The notes under the pieces are model-generated. The model was not told the DNA's origin and made no database searches. It saw nothing but the letters and a program-made list of their open reading frames with translations. Below are positions 38,494 to 48,115 of a stretch of DNA of 64,000 nt, in pieces. Each line of letters starts with the position of its first letter. Within the stretch, counting starts at the first letter, position 1. Both the position numbers and the translations under genes were made by a program. The stretch is from Promethearchaeota archaeon (lineage in GTDB: Archaea; Asgardarchaeota; Lokiarchaeia; Sigyniarchaeales; SOKP01): the NCBI GenBank assembly GCA_016840085.1, contig JAEOTA010000088.1, positions 64,001 through 128,000 on the forward strand, written 5' to 3'.

Positions 38494-40371
38494 ATGACAT
38501 TGAATGCTAATATGTTGAAAAGAGAAAGAGTCCTGTTAATTTCTGTGATGATCATTCTCTCTTTTGCTCAAATCTTATTTATTTCAAATGATTCTGATTT
38601 GAATTATCTCACTCATGATGAAATAAAAGATCCAAGATATTCTGCTAGTGTAGAAGGAATAGAAAATATCATTATTACAAAAATCATTAGAATAGCAAAT
38701 ATTAGTAGGTGTGGTTTAGTAAATTTTGAAGATTATATAACATTTAAAAATTTAAATAATAATCCAATTACATCAATTTTTATAGGAATTCCATTGAATT
38801 ATTCAGATGATTTAGTTTATTATGCAGCTACTGGAATTGATAAGAATACTTTACTAATTGAACGTTCACATTTAATTATGGAAGATTTTGAAATAATAAC
38901 GATATACCTTGACTCTCCTCTTTTACCTTATCAAACAAAATCAGTTATTTTCAATCATCACTATAAAAACCTTGTAACTTATCATATAGAATATACTCCG
39001 GAAGGAACTCCTAATCAATACCATACTTTCAATGGTTTTGTTTATCCTACTTTACCATATAAATTAGAAAAAGAAGTAGATGCACGATTTTTTGTACCAA
39101 GAAGAATGGGCGATTTAGAAGGCGGTTGGGGTTGGGAAGATCCAGAGAAACTTAATGTTCGATATCAGTTCTCATCTATTGAGGACGAATTTAAAGATGA
39201 GTTCATTGCACCTTTTTTAGAAAATTTAAATAATAAAAAAATAATTAATATTTCTTTCTTTCATAACGAATTTACTCGGTTAGATGTAGAGGAAATTAAT
39301 CGAGAAATATACATTTCACCATGGGGGATCATTGAAGTTAAAGAAGATTATACCATCAAGAATTTTGGAGCTATAGATCTTAATTCTTTTACACTAAATT
39401 TGCCACGTTCTGCTAGAAAAATTTATGTTTCAGATAATTTTGGTGAAATCCCATTCTCTAAAACAGAAGGCAATTTAAAATACAAAGAGATAACAATTAA
39501 ATTAATAGAAAATCGAGTGAAATTAACGCCAAATTCTTCTTTTACTTTTAATCTCAGATATTTTTTACCTTTTGAAAACTATTATTCAATGAATTGGATT
39601 CAAGAATCAATTGAAATTGATCTATTAACTTCAAATTTTGAATATTTAGGGAGACAGCAAATTATTAAAATAATTATTGATGGATGTTATAGAATTGATT
39701 CTATATCTGAACCGCCCGAATCAATTGAAAAAGCTAATGGAGCTACTGTTTTAATTTATAGTTCTAATTATGTGTCTCCTCTAGAAACTAAATTTATTCA
39801 ATTTACATTTACACTAGATCTATTTGATTTACTTTTAAGACCTATTATAATTTTACTTTTAATTTCTATAATTCTAACATCATATGTATTAGTAGTAAAA
39901 TTAAGAAAAAAAGGGACAGAATCACCTCTATTAAAAAAAGAATACATTCCTGTAAATGAAATTCGAGAATTCTGTTCTTTACATGAGGAAAAAAATGCCT
40001 TAATCTTAGAGATTAGACAAGCAGAAGAGGATTCAAAACGTAAAAAAATAGCAAAAAAGAATTACAAGAATATTTTAAATAAAAATACTTCAAAAATAGA
40101 TGAAATACAAAAAGAAATAGTTCCATTTAAAAAAACCCTAATAGAAACAAGTGAAACTTTCGAAAATATCGTAAAAAAACTAGATATCTTAGAAGCGGAG
40201 CAAATTAGTATTAAAGACAGCTTAAATCTTTTAGAAGCCCGTTATAAAAGGGGTAGATTACCTTCTAGAGCAGCCTATTTGAAATTATCTGATGATTTCA
40301 ATAAAAGAAGAAGAAAAATAGACAGAACTATTGATAAATTTATTCAGCAATTAAGGAGTTATCTTTTATAG
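38494..40371 (+). CDS. Ribophorin I (OST subunit RPN1/Ost1)-like protein
   Basis: Signal segment; two luminal beta domains incl. REIYISPWGIIEVKEDY (cf. ribophorin I R.I.VSHWG.I.VEE); TM; cytoplasmic helical bundle. Confidence 0.75.
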   Translation: MTLNANMLKRERVLLISVMIILSFAQILFISNDSDLNYLTHDEIKDPRYSASVEGIENIIITKIIRIANISRCGLVNFEDYITFKNLNNNPITSIFIGIPLNYSDDLVYYAATGIDKNTLLIERSHLIMEDFEIITIYLDSPLLPYQTKSVIFNHHYKNLVTYHIEYTPEGTPNQYHTFNGFVYPTLPYKLEKEVDARFFVPRRMGDLEGGWGWEDPEKLNVRYQFSSIEDEFKDEFIAPFLENLNNKKIINISFFHNEFTRLDVEEINREIYISPWGIIEVKEDYTIKNFGAIDLNSFTLNLPRSARKIYVSDNFGEIPFSKTEGNLKYKEITIKLIENRVKLTPNSSFTFNLRYFLPFENYYSMNWIQESIEIDLLTSNFEYLGRQQIIKIIIDGCYRIDSISEPPESIEKANGATVLIYSSNYVSPLETKFIQFTFTLDLFDLLLRPIIILLLISIILTSYVLVVKLRKKGTESPLLKKEYIPVNEIREFCSLHEEKNALILEIRQAEEDSKRKKIAKKNYKNILNKNTSKIDEIQKEIVPFKKTLIETSETFENIVKKLDILEAEQISIKDSLNLLEARYKRGRLPSRAAYLKLSDDFNKRRRKIDRTIDKFIQQLRSYLL

Positions 40372-40399
40372 AATAATACTTCTTTAAGTGTTAAAAATT

Positions 40400-41023
40400 A
40401 TGAAACCATGGCTATTTGATATTCTTGCCTGTCCTATAGATAAATATTTCCCATTAGAATTATATATTTTCTCGTATGAATCTAAAAACGAAGAATTTCA
40501 AATCCTTATTGAAGTGTATGAGAAAAGAGATATTGATCATATTAAAAATGAGAATATTATTGAATTGTCAAAAAAAAATGGTAATCTTTTCTTAAAAGAT
40601 AATATTATCATTGAATTTACTACACTTAAATTTTATATTAATTCGATTCTCACAAGTTTAAATGAAATGGATTCCATTTTTGATAAAAGTGGGAATGATT
40701 TGGCCAACAAATGTTTAAATATTATTAAATCAGTAATTAAACCTAAAATTTTAGAATTTTCTAAACAGCTAAATCTTGATAAACTTGAAAATATTTTTCC
40801 TGAATTATACTTTTTGAATAAAATTAAGTTGGAAATAGAGATAGATTCAGGATTATTATTTTGTAAAAATTGCAATCGATGGTACCCAATTATTGATACT
40901 ATACCACAAATGCTCCCTGATGAATACAGAGATGAGGGAAAAGAAACTGAATTCCTTCAAATCAATAAAAATTTATTGGATGAAGAATTTTTAAACCAAG
41001 AATTAAAACCTTTTAATATATAA
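40400..41023 (+). CDS. Trm112-like methyltransferase activator with long internal insertion
   Basis: MKPWLFDILACP...GLLFCKNCNRWYPIIDTIPQMLPDE; ATG at 40400 (ORF track uses GTG at 40388). Confidence 0.82.
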   Translation: MKPWLFDILACPIDKYFPLELYIFSYESKNEEFQILIEVYEKRDIDHIKNENIIELSKKNGNLFLKDNIIIEFTTLKFYINSILTSLNEMDSIFDKSGNDLANKCLNIIKSVIKPKILEFSKQLNLDKLENIFPELYFLNKIKLEIEIDSGLLFCKNCNRWYPIIDTIPQMLPDEYRDEGKETEFLQINKNLLDEEFLNQELKPFNI

Positions 41024-41053
41024 ATTATAATTGAATCATAAACAATAATCTGT

Positions 41054-41126
41054 AGCCGCGTGGTGTAGTGGCCAAGCATTTAGGGCCTTGAACCCTGAGA
41101 CCACGGTTCGAATCCGTGCGCGGCTA
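41054..41126 (+). tRNA. tRNA-Gln(UUG), intronless, CCA not encoded
   Basis: Acceptor AGCCGCG/CGCGGCT (A1-U72), anticodon arm TAGGG-CCTTGAA-CCCTG, T-arm CACGG-TTCGAAT-CCGTG, discriminator A. Confidence 0.92.
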
Positions 41127-41435
41127 TCCCTTATTATATTATCTTCAATAAAAATAATTATTATATATCTTTCTTAACATTCAAGATAATAGAATTTCGA
41201 TTTTATTATTTAATAAATCTATTATAACTTGGAAATTAGTGACGCTTTAAATGTTTCAAAATAAAATTTAAATTATTTATTTATTAACTCATTTCTATTT
41301 TATTTTTTAATTAGATATTAAATAAAAAATGATTCCCCTTATTTTGTAAAAAATCATTAAAGATTAGAAAAGTTAAATTAACTATTTATTAATTAACTAT
41401 TAAAATCGCTACATTATTTCAATAAAAAAAATAAA

Positions 41436-41879
41436 ATGCAAAATTATAGAAAAAAAAAGATTAAAAGAGTGATGTTATTTATACTTTCTACTGCATTAAT
41501 TACAACCCTGATTATTTCTATTCTATTCGCTGATTTTAATATAAAATTCAACCTCGACGATGATCATGTTGATAATGATGAAGAGTGTAAAATATGAAAA
41601 CGTTCATTAAATGAAAATAATAATATTGAAGATTGGGAAATAATTCTAAAAGAATCGAACAATTATCAAACAAATGAGCTCTTTAAAATAGAAAAAAATA
41701 AAAATGTGGATGAATCTTTTGAAAAAAACCTAGTTAAAGAGGACAGCCTTGTGAGGGTCTTATTTTTCTTACAATCTAATAAGTTTAATTTTTATAATAA
41801 AGATTTAATAACGCTATTAAATTTAAAAATTAATGAACTTTTAGTAATAATAAAACTCTTCATCATTAAACTAGGTTAA
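41436..41879 (+). CDS. Candidate membrane-anchored selenoprotein (CxxU); alternatively a 53-aa peptide (41436..41597) or a pseudogene
   Basis: MQNYRKKKIKR, TM, DDDHVDNDEE-C-K-I-TGA(41595..41597); frame then stays open for 93 more codons to TAA at 41877..41879. Confidence 0.5.
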
Positions 41880-42542
41880 TATAATTTGATCAACCAAAAG
41901 ATAAATTGCAAGAAAAATTAAAATTATTCCACTTAATATTCTTAAATATGGGCGATATTTCAGTCTGACATCATTTATCTTATTTGATTCTAAACCCAAC
42001 CGTATTAATACTAATAAAAATATAATCGGAATAATCATTCCTAATAAATATACAAAGATAAAAACGTAAAGTAAAGGATTATTTTGGAGATTATATAGTA
42101 ATGACAAATAAACTGTGCCAAAACATGGAATTTTAATTAGCACAAAAATGATTCCTACTAAAAAAGCATAAAACCCTGAGTTTTGTTCGATAAAGTCTTT
42201 TAAGATTGTCTTAACTTTTTCTGGTGTTCTATAGATTGTGCTATGTTCCTTTTTACATTCTATTATCTCCCAGATACCGATTATAATTAAAATACCAGCA
42301 AATATATAGCTAGAAATGAAAAAATTTTCTAATAGCTGGAAAAAATAAAGAAAGACAATTGATATAAGAATATATGCTAAAATCATACCTGAGAGTAAAC
42401 CTAAAGAAATGGCTATAAATTTCCTCTTTTCTTCAGTTAAAATAAGGGATGTGCCAAACACACTTAACATTAATAATATACATGGTGTTATGCCTATTGA
42501 TAAACCAGATATAAACGCTATCGCAAAATTAACATCAACCAT
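41871..42542 (-). CDS. ccdA: CcdA/DsbD-type transmembrane thiol-electron transporter
   Basis: About 6 TMs with two PC motifs (GITPCIL, KIPCFG). Confidence 0.75.
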   Translation of the reverse strand: MVDVNFAIAFISGLSIGITPCILLMLSVFGTSLILTEEKRKFIAISLGLLSGMILAYILISIVFLYFFQLLENFFISSYIFAGILIIIGIWEIIECKKEHSTIYRTPEKVKTILKDFIEQNSGFYAFLVGIIFVLIKIPCFGTVYLSLLYNLQNNPLLYVFIFVYLLGMIIPIIFLLVLIRLGLESNKINDVRLKYRPYLRILSGIILIFLAIYLLVDQIILT

Positions 42543-42773
42543 AGTCTCTACTAGAACATTTTTTAAATAAATTTTCTATAATCTCATTTCATTCTTAATT
42601 TTTAAAAATGTTAATATAATTAAGGTTTAAATTTTTAGATATTACATCAAATCTTAATTTCATATTAAATCTGAGGATTTTTAATTTCCCTTCATTATTA
42701 ATTTTCTTGTATCAAATATAAATCACCAGTCTCTTTTCTTTTAAATCTGATACTCTCCTTTCATATTATTGGA

Positions 42774-43964
42774 ATGAGACTGACAGAACAGATTCAATTA
42801 AATAAAACAACTCAACTATCTTATCTATGTCATTTATCTAAAAATCTCTATAATCTTGCCAATTATTATGTGAGACAAGAATATTTTTATTTAGGAAATT
42901 GGTTGAGATATTACGATTTATGGTATATGTTAAAAGAGAAGGAACCATATAAAAAGCTCCCTTCACAAACTGCTCAGCAAACTTTAAAACTCGTGGATAA
43001 AAATTGGAAATCATTTTTCCAATCACTTAAAATCCATAAAAAGCATCCAGAAAAATATTTAGGAGCTCCAAAGCCGCCACGTTATAAAAAGAAAGATGGT
43101 GAGTATATGTTTCTGTTTACGAATCAACAATGTAGGATCAAGGGAGGTTTTCTTTTTTTTCCGAAAAAAACTCAATTCCTTCCTGTCAAAACTCGGATAA
43201 AAAGCAAATTGCATCATGTCAGAATCATTCCTAAAGGAGTGTATTATATCTTAGAAATTATTTATCAAAAAGAAGTAAAAGATTTAAATTTGGATAAAGA
43301 GAGAGTTATTGGAATTGATTTAGGGTTGAACAATATCATAACTATGGTAAATAATGCTGGACTACAACCCGCTATTGTTAAAGGTGGTATTGTTAAATCT
43401 ATTAATCAATTTTATAATAAACAACTTGCCAGATATAAAAGCATAAAGGATAAGCAAGGGATTAGTTCTGCAACAAAAAGAATGCAATGGTTAACTCGGA
43501 AAAGAAATAATAAAATAAATGATATGTTTCATAAAATTTCAAGAGAAGTGATTAATTATTGTATTATCCACGATTTTGGAACGATAGTCATCGGTTATAA
43601 TAAAACTTGGAAATATAAAATAACATTAGGTAAGAGGAACAACCAGAACTTTATCCAAATTCCTTTTGCCAAATTAATATCTCAAATTACATACAAAGCA
43701 GAGTTACTCGGAATTGACGTAATTTTAGAGCCAGAATCTTTCACTTCGAGATGTAGTTTCTTAGATAACGAATCAATTGCCAAGCATGAAAAATATCAAG
43801 GAAAGCGTATTTGCAGAGGGTTATATCATAGTCAAGAAAGAATCATTATCAATGCGGATGTGAATGGCGCATACAATATTCTTAAAAAGGCAGTCCCAAA
43901 AGCCATATCGGCAGATGGGATAGAGGGTGTAGGGTTACACCCATATTCTATTGCGATTTCATAG
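42774..43964 (+). CDS. tnpB: TnpB RNA-guided endonuclease (IS200/IS605 family, solo IS1341-like)
   Basis: KNLYN, QQTL..W.SF, PPRYK, GIDLG (RuvC-I), ESFTSRCSFLD, NADVNGAYNI (RuvC-III); no tnpA nearby. Confidence 0.95.
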   Translation: MRLTEQIQLNKTTQLSYLCHLSKNLYNLANYYVRQEYFYLGNWLRYYDLWYMLKEKEPYKKLPSQTAQQTLKLVDKNWKSFFQSLKIHKKHPEKYLGAPKPPRYKKKDGEYMFLFTNQQCRIKGGFLFFPKKTQFLPVKTRIKSKLHHVRIIPKGVYYILEIIYQKEVKDLNLDKERVIGIDLGLNNIITMVNNAGLQPAIVKGGIVKSINQFYNKQLARYKSIKDKQGISSATKRMQWLTRKRNNKINDMFHKISREVINYCIIHDFGTIVIGYNKTWKYKITLGKRNNQNFIQIPFAKLISQITYKAELLGIDVILEPESFTSRCSFLDNESIAKHEKYQGKRICRGLYHSQERIIINADVNGAYNILKKAVPKAISADGIEGVGLHPYSIAIS

Positions 43965-43990
43965 CTGTGATAAGAGATAGAATAAAATTT
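43880..43990 (+). ncRNA. Putative omega/reRNA scaffold and element right end overlapping the tnpB 3' end (boundaries approximate)
   Basis: Perfect hairpin GGGTGTA-GGGT-TACACCC at 43925..43942, extendable by ATAGA/TCTAT; position typical of TnpB guide scaffolds. Confidence 0.5.
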
Positions 43991-44138
43991 TAATTTCATG
44001 AAGGGAAATTAAAAATAACCTTAAATCTTAAGAATAAAAATAAAAAATTAAAATATATCAAGCATTTTATTTTTTCATCCTCAAAATTCAGAATATTAAT
44101 AATAATTTTATAAAATATTTACAAAATTCTTTTGATCT

Positions 44139-45515
44139 ATGATTCCATTATCGGATTTAAATTGGGGTTTTCTGCAAATCTTATTTTTAATAATTATTTT
44201 TTTAGCGGGTTTTTTTATTACCTATTTTATTCTCCCCTATATCATGAATTTAATGAAGAAAAAAGGTTATGTTGGTTATGATATTCATAAAAACGCTAGA
44301 CCCGAAATTCCAGAATCTGGAGGGCTTAGTATAGTTATTGCTTTTACTGTTACAACAATACTCTTAATGATCTTCTTTATTGATTTTTTTAATGAAATCT
44401 TAATTTTTCTTTTGACAGTTTTACTAGCAGCAGCCATCGGGTTTATTGATGACCGTAAAAAGCTTAGATCACGATATAAAATAATTTTATCTATTTTCAC
44501 GGGAATTCCAATTTTTTTAGCTAATTATAGTAATTTTGTAAATATCTCTTCTCCAATTATTCCTCTCCTTGATAGAACAAGATTGACTATTATTTACCCA
44601 TTATTAATTCCTATAATTATTGCTATTTCTACAAATACTGTAAATATGTTAGAAGGCTATAATGGTGAAGGTTCAGGAACTTGTTTGATAGCTGCTTGTT
44701 TTCTTCTTATCTGTAGTATTATATGGGATTCCACTGAGGGAATATTATTCACTATACCAGTTATCGCAGTTTTAATTCCCTTTTTTATATATAATAAATA
44801 TCCAGCGAAAATATTCCCTGGAGATATTGGAACATTAAGTATGGGTGCGATGATAGCATGTATTATGTTATTTGGTTCACTTGAAGTTGCTACTTTTTGT
44901 GTATTACTAATTCATATATTCAATAGTTTTTATGTTATTTATTCAGTACGAGGTTTTTTGGAAAGTGATAAAATAAGAGAAACAAAAGAAGATATTATTT
45001 TACTCGAAAATGATCAAATTAAAGCCTCTGATCAAAAGGATGCTGCTTTAACTTTACCACGATTAATTCTCGCGAAAGGACCTTTATCAGAACCAGATTT
45101 AGTTAACAATTTCCTGGCAATCTCAATAGTATGTGGTTTATTTTCAATAATCTCAGTTTTATTTACACAATTCACGATAGGGGTTTTAGAAATCATACCA
45201 TTTCTTATCACATCTCTAATACTTATTGCCCCTATTGGATATTTATTATTAAAATTCCCGAGGTTAAGAGGAATAATCGTGTTAATGGTATGTTTATTAG
45301 TAGGGATAGTTATTTTTCTAATGATAGTAGAATCTCTAATTATGCCTCTTCCTCTGGGAAATATCAATCTAGGAATAATTCAACTGCCTCTTAATCTAAT
45401 CGTTATTTTCCTTTTATCTATAGTAGGGATCATAATATGGTATTATGTTACAATTAAGTATTTTTGGTATCAAATTAATGAAATGAAAATAAAAGAAATT
45501 CAAGATTCTAGATAA
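44139..45515 (+). CDS. UDP-GlcNAc:dolichyl-phosphate GlcNAc-1-P transferase (GPT/Alg7/AglH, MraY superfamily)
   Basis: GYDIHK, IPESGGL, GFIDD, NTVNMLEGYNG, YPAKIFPGDIGT; extra C-terminal TMs. Confidence 0.9.
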   Translation: MIPLSDLNWGFLQILFLIIIFLAGFFITYFILPYIMNLMKKKGYVGYDIHKNARPEIPESGGLSIVIAFTVTTILLMIFFIDFFNEILIFLLTVLLAAAIGFIDDRKKLRSRYKIILSIFTGIPIFLANYSNFVNISSPIIPLLDRTRLTIIYPLLIPIIIAISTNTVNMLEGYNGEGSGTCLIAACFLLICSIIWDSTEGILFTIPVIAVLIPFFIYNKYPAKIFPGDIGTLSMGAMIACIMLFGSLEVATFCVLLIHIFNSFYVIYSVRGFLESDKIRETKEDIILLENDQIKASDQKDAALTLPRLILAKGPLSEPDLVNNFLAISIVCGLFSIISVLFTQFTIGVLEIIPFLITSLILIAPIGYLLLKFPRLRGIIVLMVCLLVGIVIFLMIVESLIMPLPLGNINLGIIQLPLNLIVIFLLSIVGIIIWYYVTIKYFWYQINEMKIKEIQDSR

Positions 45516-45524
45516 AACTTAAAG

Positions 45525-48077
45525 GTGCTTAAAGTGAAATTACATATAAGACTTACTCTATTTATTTCTTATCTTATTGGGTCAATTGCTTTTTTTTACA
45601 TTTTTATTATAATTTTTCTTAATATGAGTACTATTGAACTTATAACAGATTGGAGTTTTATAATCACTGTTTTACTTTATTTTTTATCAATTGAAGAATT
45701 TTATCATTGGTTAAAAAATGGCAAAAGAAGTGAAATGAGTGATCTTGTTGCAATAATATTTTTCTTTTTCGTCATTTTTTTCTTTTCGAAGGATCTACTG
45801 ACATCATTAATGGGCGCGTTTTCAATCTATTTATGGATAGGAGTTTTTGAATTGAAGGATTATCCAGTTTTAAATAAAATTTTAATAATATCGTTAGTCA
45901 CATACAATATTATTTTTATCGCTGGCATATTTTCCTTTTATTTAGATGATCCTTTTTATATAAATACAAGTTTTGCTTTTTCTTTCTGGATTATCCTTAT
46001 TATGGGATTTCTACTGTTTGGAAGGAAATATATAATGGTTTGGCGTTTTATGAGCCCTGAATACTTAATATTATTTCTCTATATTATCGCTTGGTTAGTT
46101 GTAGTTTTTATTAATCAGTATACCCCATTCGATTTGACTACATCAAATCCTATTGGTTCCAATCAATTTCGATTAATTGATTTCTTTTTGAATATTTATT
46201 TTATTTTAATTATAGTAAATTGGATAATTTATTTCATTTCAGGTATAATTTTAGACAAATTACTCGGTATTAAAAAAGTTGAAAATAAAAATGTAATAGA
46301 TATTGTAAATGAAGTCAAACATAACGTTGGGATTAACGGTAAGGTTAAAATTGGGTTTGGAAAATATCCAATCTTGAATGCAATGGCATATGGCTCTATT
46401 TTTGATAAAAGAATCGCTGTTATAGCAGATGATATAAATGCTATTCCAGAAGACGAACTAAAAGGAATTGTAGCCCATGAATTGGCTCATACTAAAGGGA
46501 ACCATACACTTATATTAACACTCATTACATCTATCGATCTTTTTTTGAGAATGCTTCTCGGTATCCCCGCTACTTATTACGATTACACTTTTGGAGACCC
46601 TCAAATTCCATTATTTATGTTTATTCTTTTGAATTTATTAATATATGTAATTCTCTTTATTTTCGTAAGATTCTTAGAGGGGAGGGCAGATTTAAAAGCT
46701 AAAATTTCAGGATATGGGAATGAGCTTGTCAAGGCTTTATATAATTTAGAAAGTTTTTACGCGTCAGGTCGAGAAATTGGATTTAATACAATGTTATTAT
46801 GTGAAGAAAAGATATCAAAAGATAATCAGCTATTAGATTATATGAACACAGCTTCATATTTATATCGTTCAATAATAAAACCTTCAAGAGCATCTCTTTT
46901 AGGTAATTTTATAAACTCTCATCCACCAAGTTATTTTAGAATAGCAGCAATTTTAAGTGATGAACTAAAACCAAGTAAAGAGGCAATTCTTCCATTTATT
47001 TGTTTAAAAAAATCAAAACAAAAGAAGTACGCTCACAAATTTGAAAAATCAAGAGAAGAATTTAAAAGGATAGCAAATGAAAAATTTAAAGAGCTTTTTC
47101 AAATTAATGATATCTCTTTATTAATGAATAATCTTAAGAGAAAGGACTTTTATAAATATGAACTTAATAAAGATTACATCTTTAAAAATAAAATTACTGA
47201 TGAGATTATCCTTGGCAACTTAGAGAATATACGATTTATTGATGATATTTGTGAAAGTGTTCAATTTATTATTACAAATTTGAAAACTAATAAAACCCAA
47301 TATTTGGAATCCTCAATGTATACCCGTAATCAAATTGATTTGAATGAAACATATTTTTTCAAGAAAGATAATCCTTTAATTTTAAGAGATATTAATTTAA
47401 AAGCTGATCAAAACGAAAAGGGATTCATTGTTTTTTTAGATAAAGAACAAAATCAAGTTTTTAAACCTATTTTAAAAACAAAATTACCAAATTCAATAGG
47501 ATTAATTAAAAATCTTAAAGGTATTAGTATCTTTCTAAAATTAAAGGGAAACTTAAAAATATTAACATGTCTAAGCATATCTACCGCTAACAATTATGAT
47601 GAATATAAGATAACCTTATCTAATCCAAATGCTACTAGAAATCAAGATCAAGAAATCTTGAATTATACTCTTAAAGAATTAATTATTAAACCCAAAAAGA
47701 TATATTTACCGATTAGTAAAGATAAAAGTTTTAGAAAATCCGAAGTTGAAGTAATAAATTGGTTAATACAAAATAAAATTCTAACACATATTTATCTTAA
47801 AAAACCCGTAAATAATTTAGAAACTGGATTTATTACAAGAATTATCTTTGAATCCAAGAGTTTAAAGACACAGAAAAAAGAAGAAAAAGAAGAAAATATC
47901 ATTTATTTAAGAAATATTTTTGAAAATGAAATTAAGATACCATACGATAAAGTAGATTTGATTGCTTTTGAGTATAATAGCGTAATGATTCAAATCAAAT
48001 CTGCTACTAGCATTTCTAGTCGTTTAGGTTATAGGATCTTAAAGAAATTTAAACCTGAAAGGATTATAATGACTTAA
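45525..48077 (+). CDS. M48 (HtpX/Ste24) membrane metalloprotease with N-terminal TM array and long C-terminal soluble domain
   Basis: NAMAYG, ELKGIVAHELAH, EGRAD, SHPP..RI. Confidence 0.85.
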   Translation: MLKVKLHIRLTLFISYLIGSIAFFYIFIIIFLNMSTIELITDWSFIITVLLYFLSIEEFYHWLKNGKRSEMSDLVAIIFFFFVIFFFSKDLLTSLMGAFSIYLWIGVFELKDYPVLNKILIISLVTYNIIFIAGIFSFYLDDPFYINTSFAFSFWIILIMGFLLFGRKYIMVWRFMSPEYLILFLYIIAWLVVVFINQYTPFDLTTSNPIGSNQFRLIDFFLNIYFILIIVNWIIYFISGIILDKLLGIKKVENKNVIDIVNEVKHNVGINGKVKIGFGKYPILNAMAYGSIFDKRIAVIADDINAIPEDELKGIVAHELAHTKGNHTLILTLITSIDLFLRMLLGIPATYYDYTFGDPQIPLFMFILLNLLIYVILFIFVRFLEGRADLKAKISGYGNELVKALYNLESFYASGREIGFNTMLLCEEKISKDNQLLDYMNTASYLYRSIIKPSRASLLGNFINSHPPSYFRIAAILSDELKPSKEAILPFICLKKSKQKKYAHKFEKSREEFKRIANEKFKELFQINDISLLMNNLKRKDFYKYELNKDYIFKNKITDEIILGNLENIRFIDDICESVQFIITNLKTNKTQYLESSMYTRNQIDLNETYFFKKDNPLILRDINLKADQNEKGFIVFLDKEQNQVFKPILKTKLPNSIGLIKNLKGISIFLKLKGNLKILTCLSISTANNYDEYKITLSNPNATRNQDQEILNYTLKELIIKPKKIYLPISKDKSFRKSEVEVINWLIQNKILTHIYLKKPVNNLETGFITRIIFESKSLKTQKKEEKEENIIYLRNIFENEIKIPYDKVDLIAFEYNSVMIQIKSATSISSRLGYRILKKFKPERIIMT

Positions 48078-48115
48078 AAAAGTTTAAAATTAAAGTACCT
48101 TTCAAACAGTTAATA

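Noticed and set aside
41081-41097. Reading the tRNA as Ser(UGA) or Lys(CUU)
   Set aside because: Stem register, A1-U72 pair, short variable loop and D-arm all match archaeal tRNA-Gln
41100-44138. tRNA-anchored integrated element covering ccdA and tnpB
   Set aside because: No duplicated tRNA 3' end or integrase found
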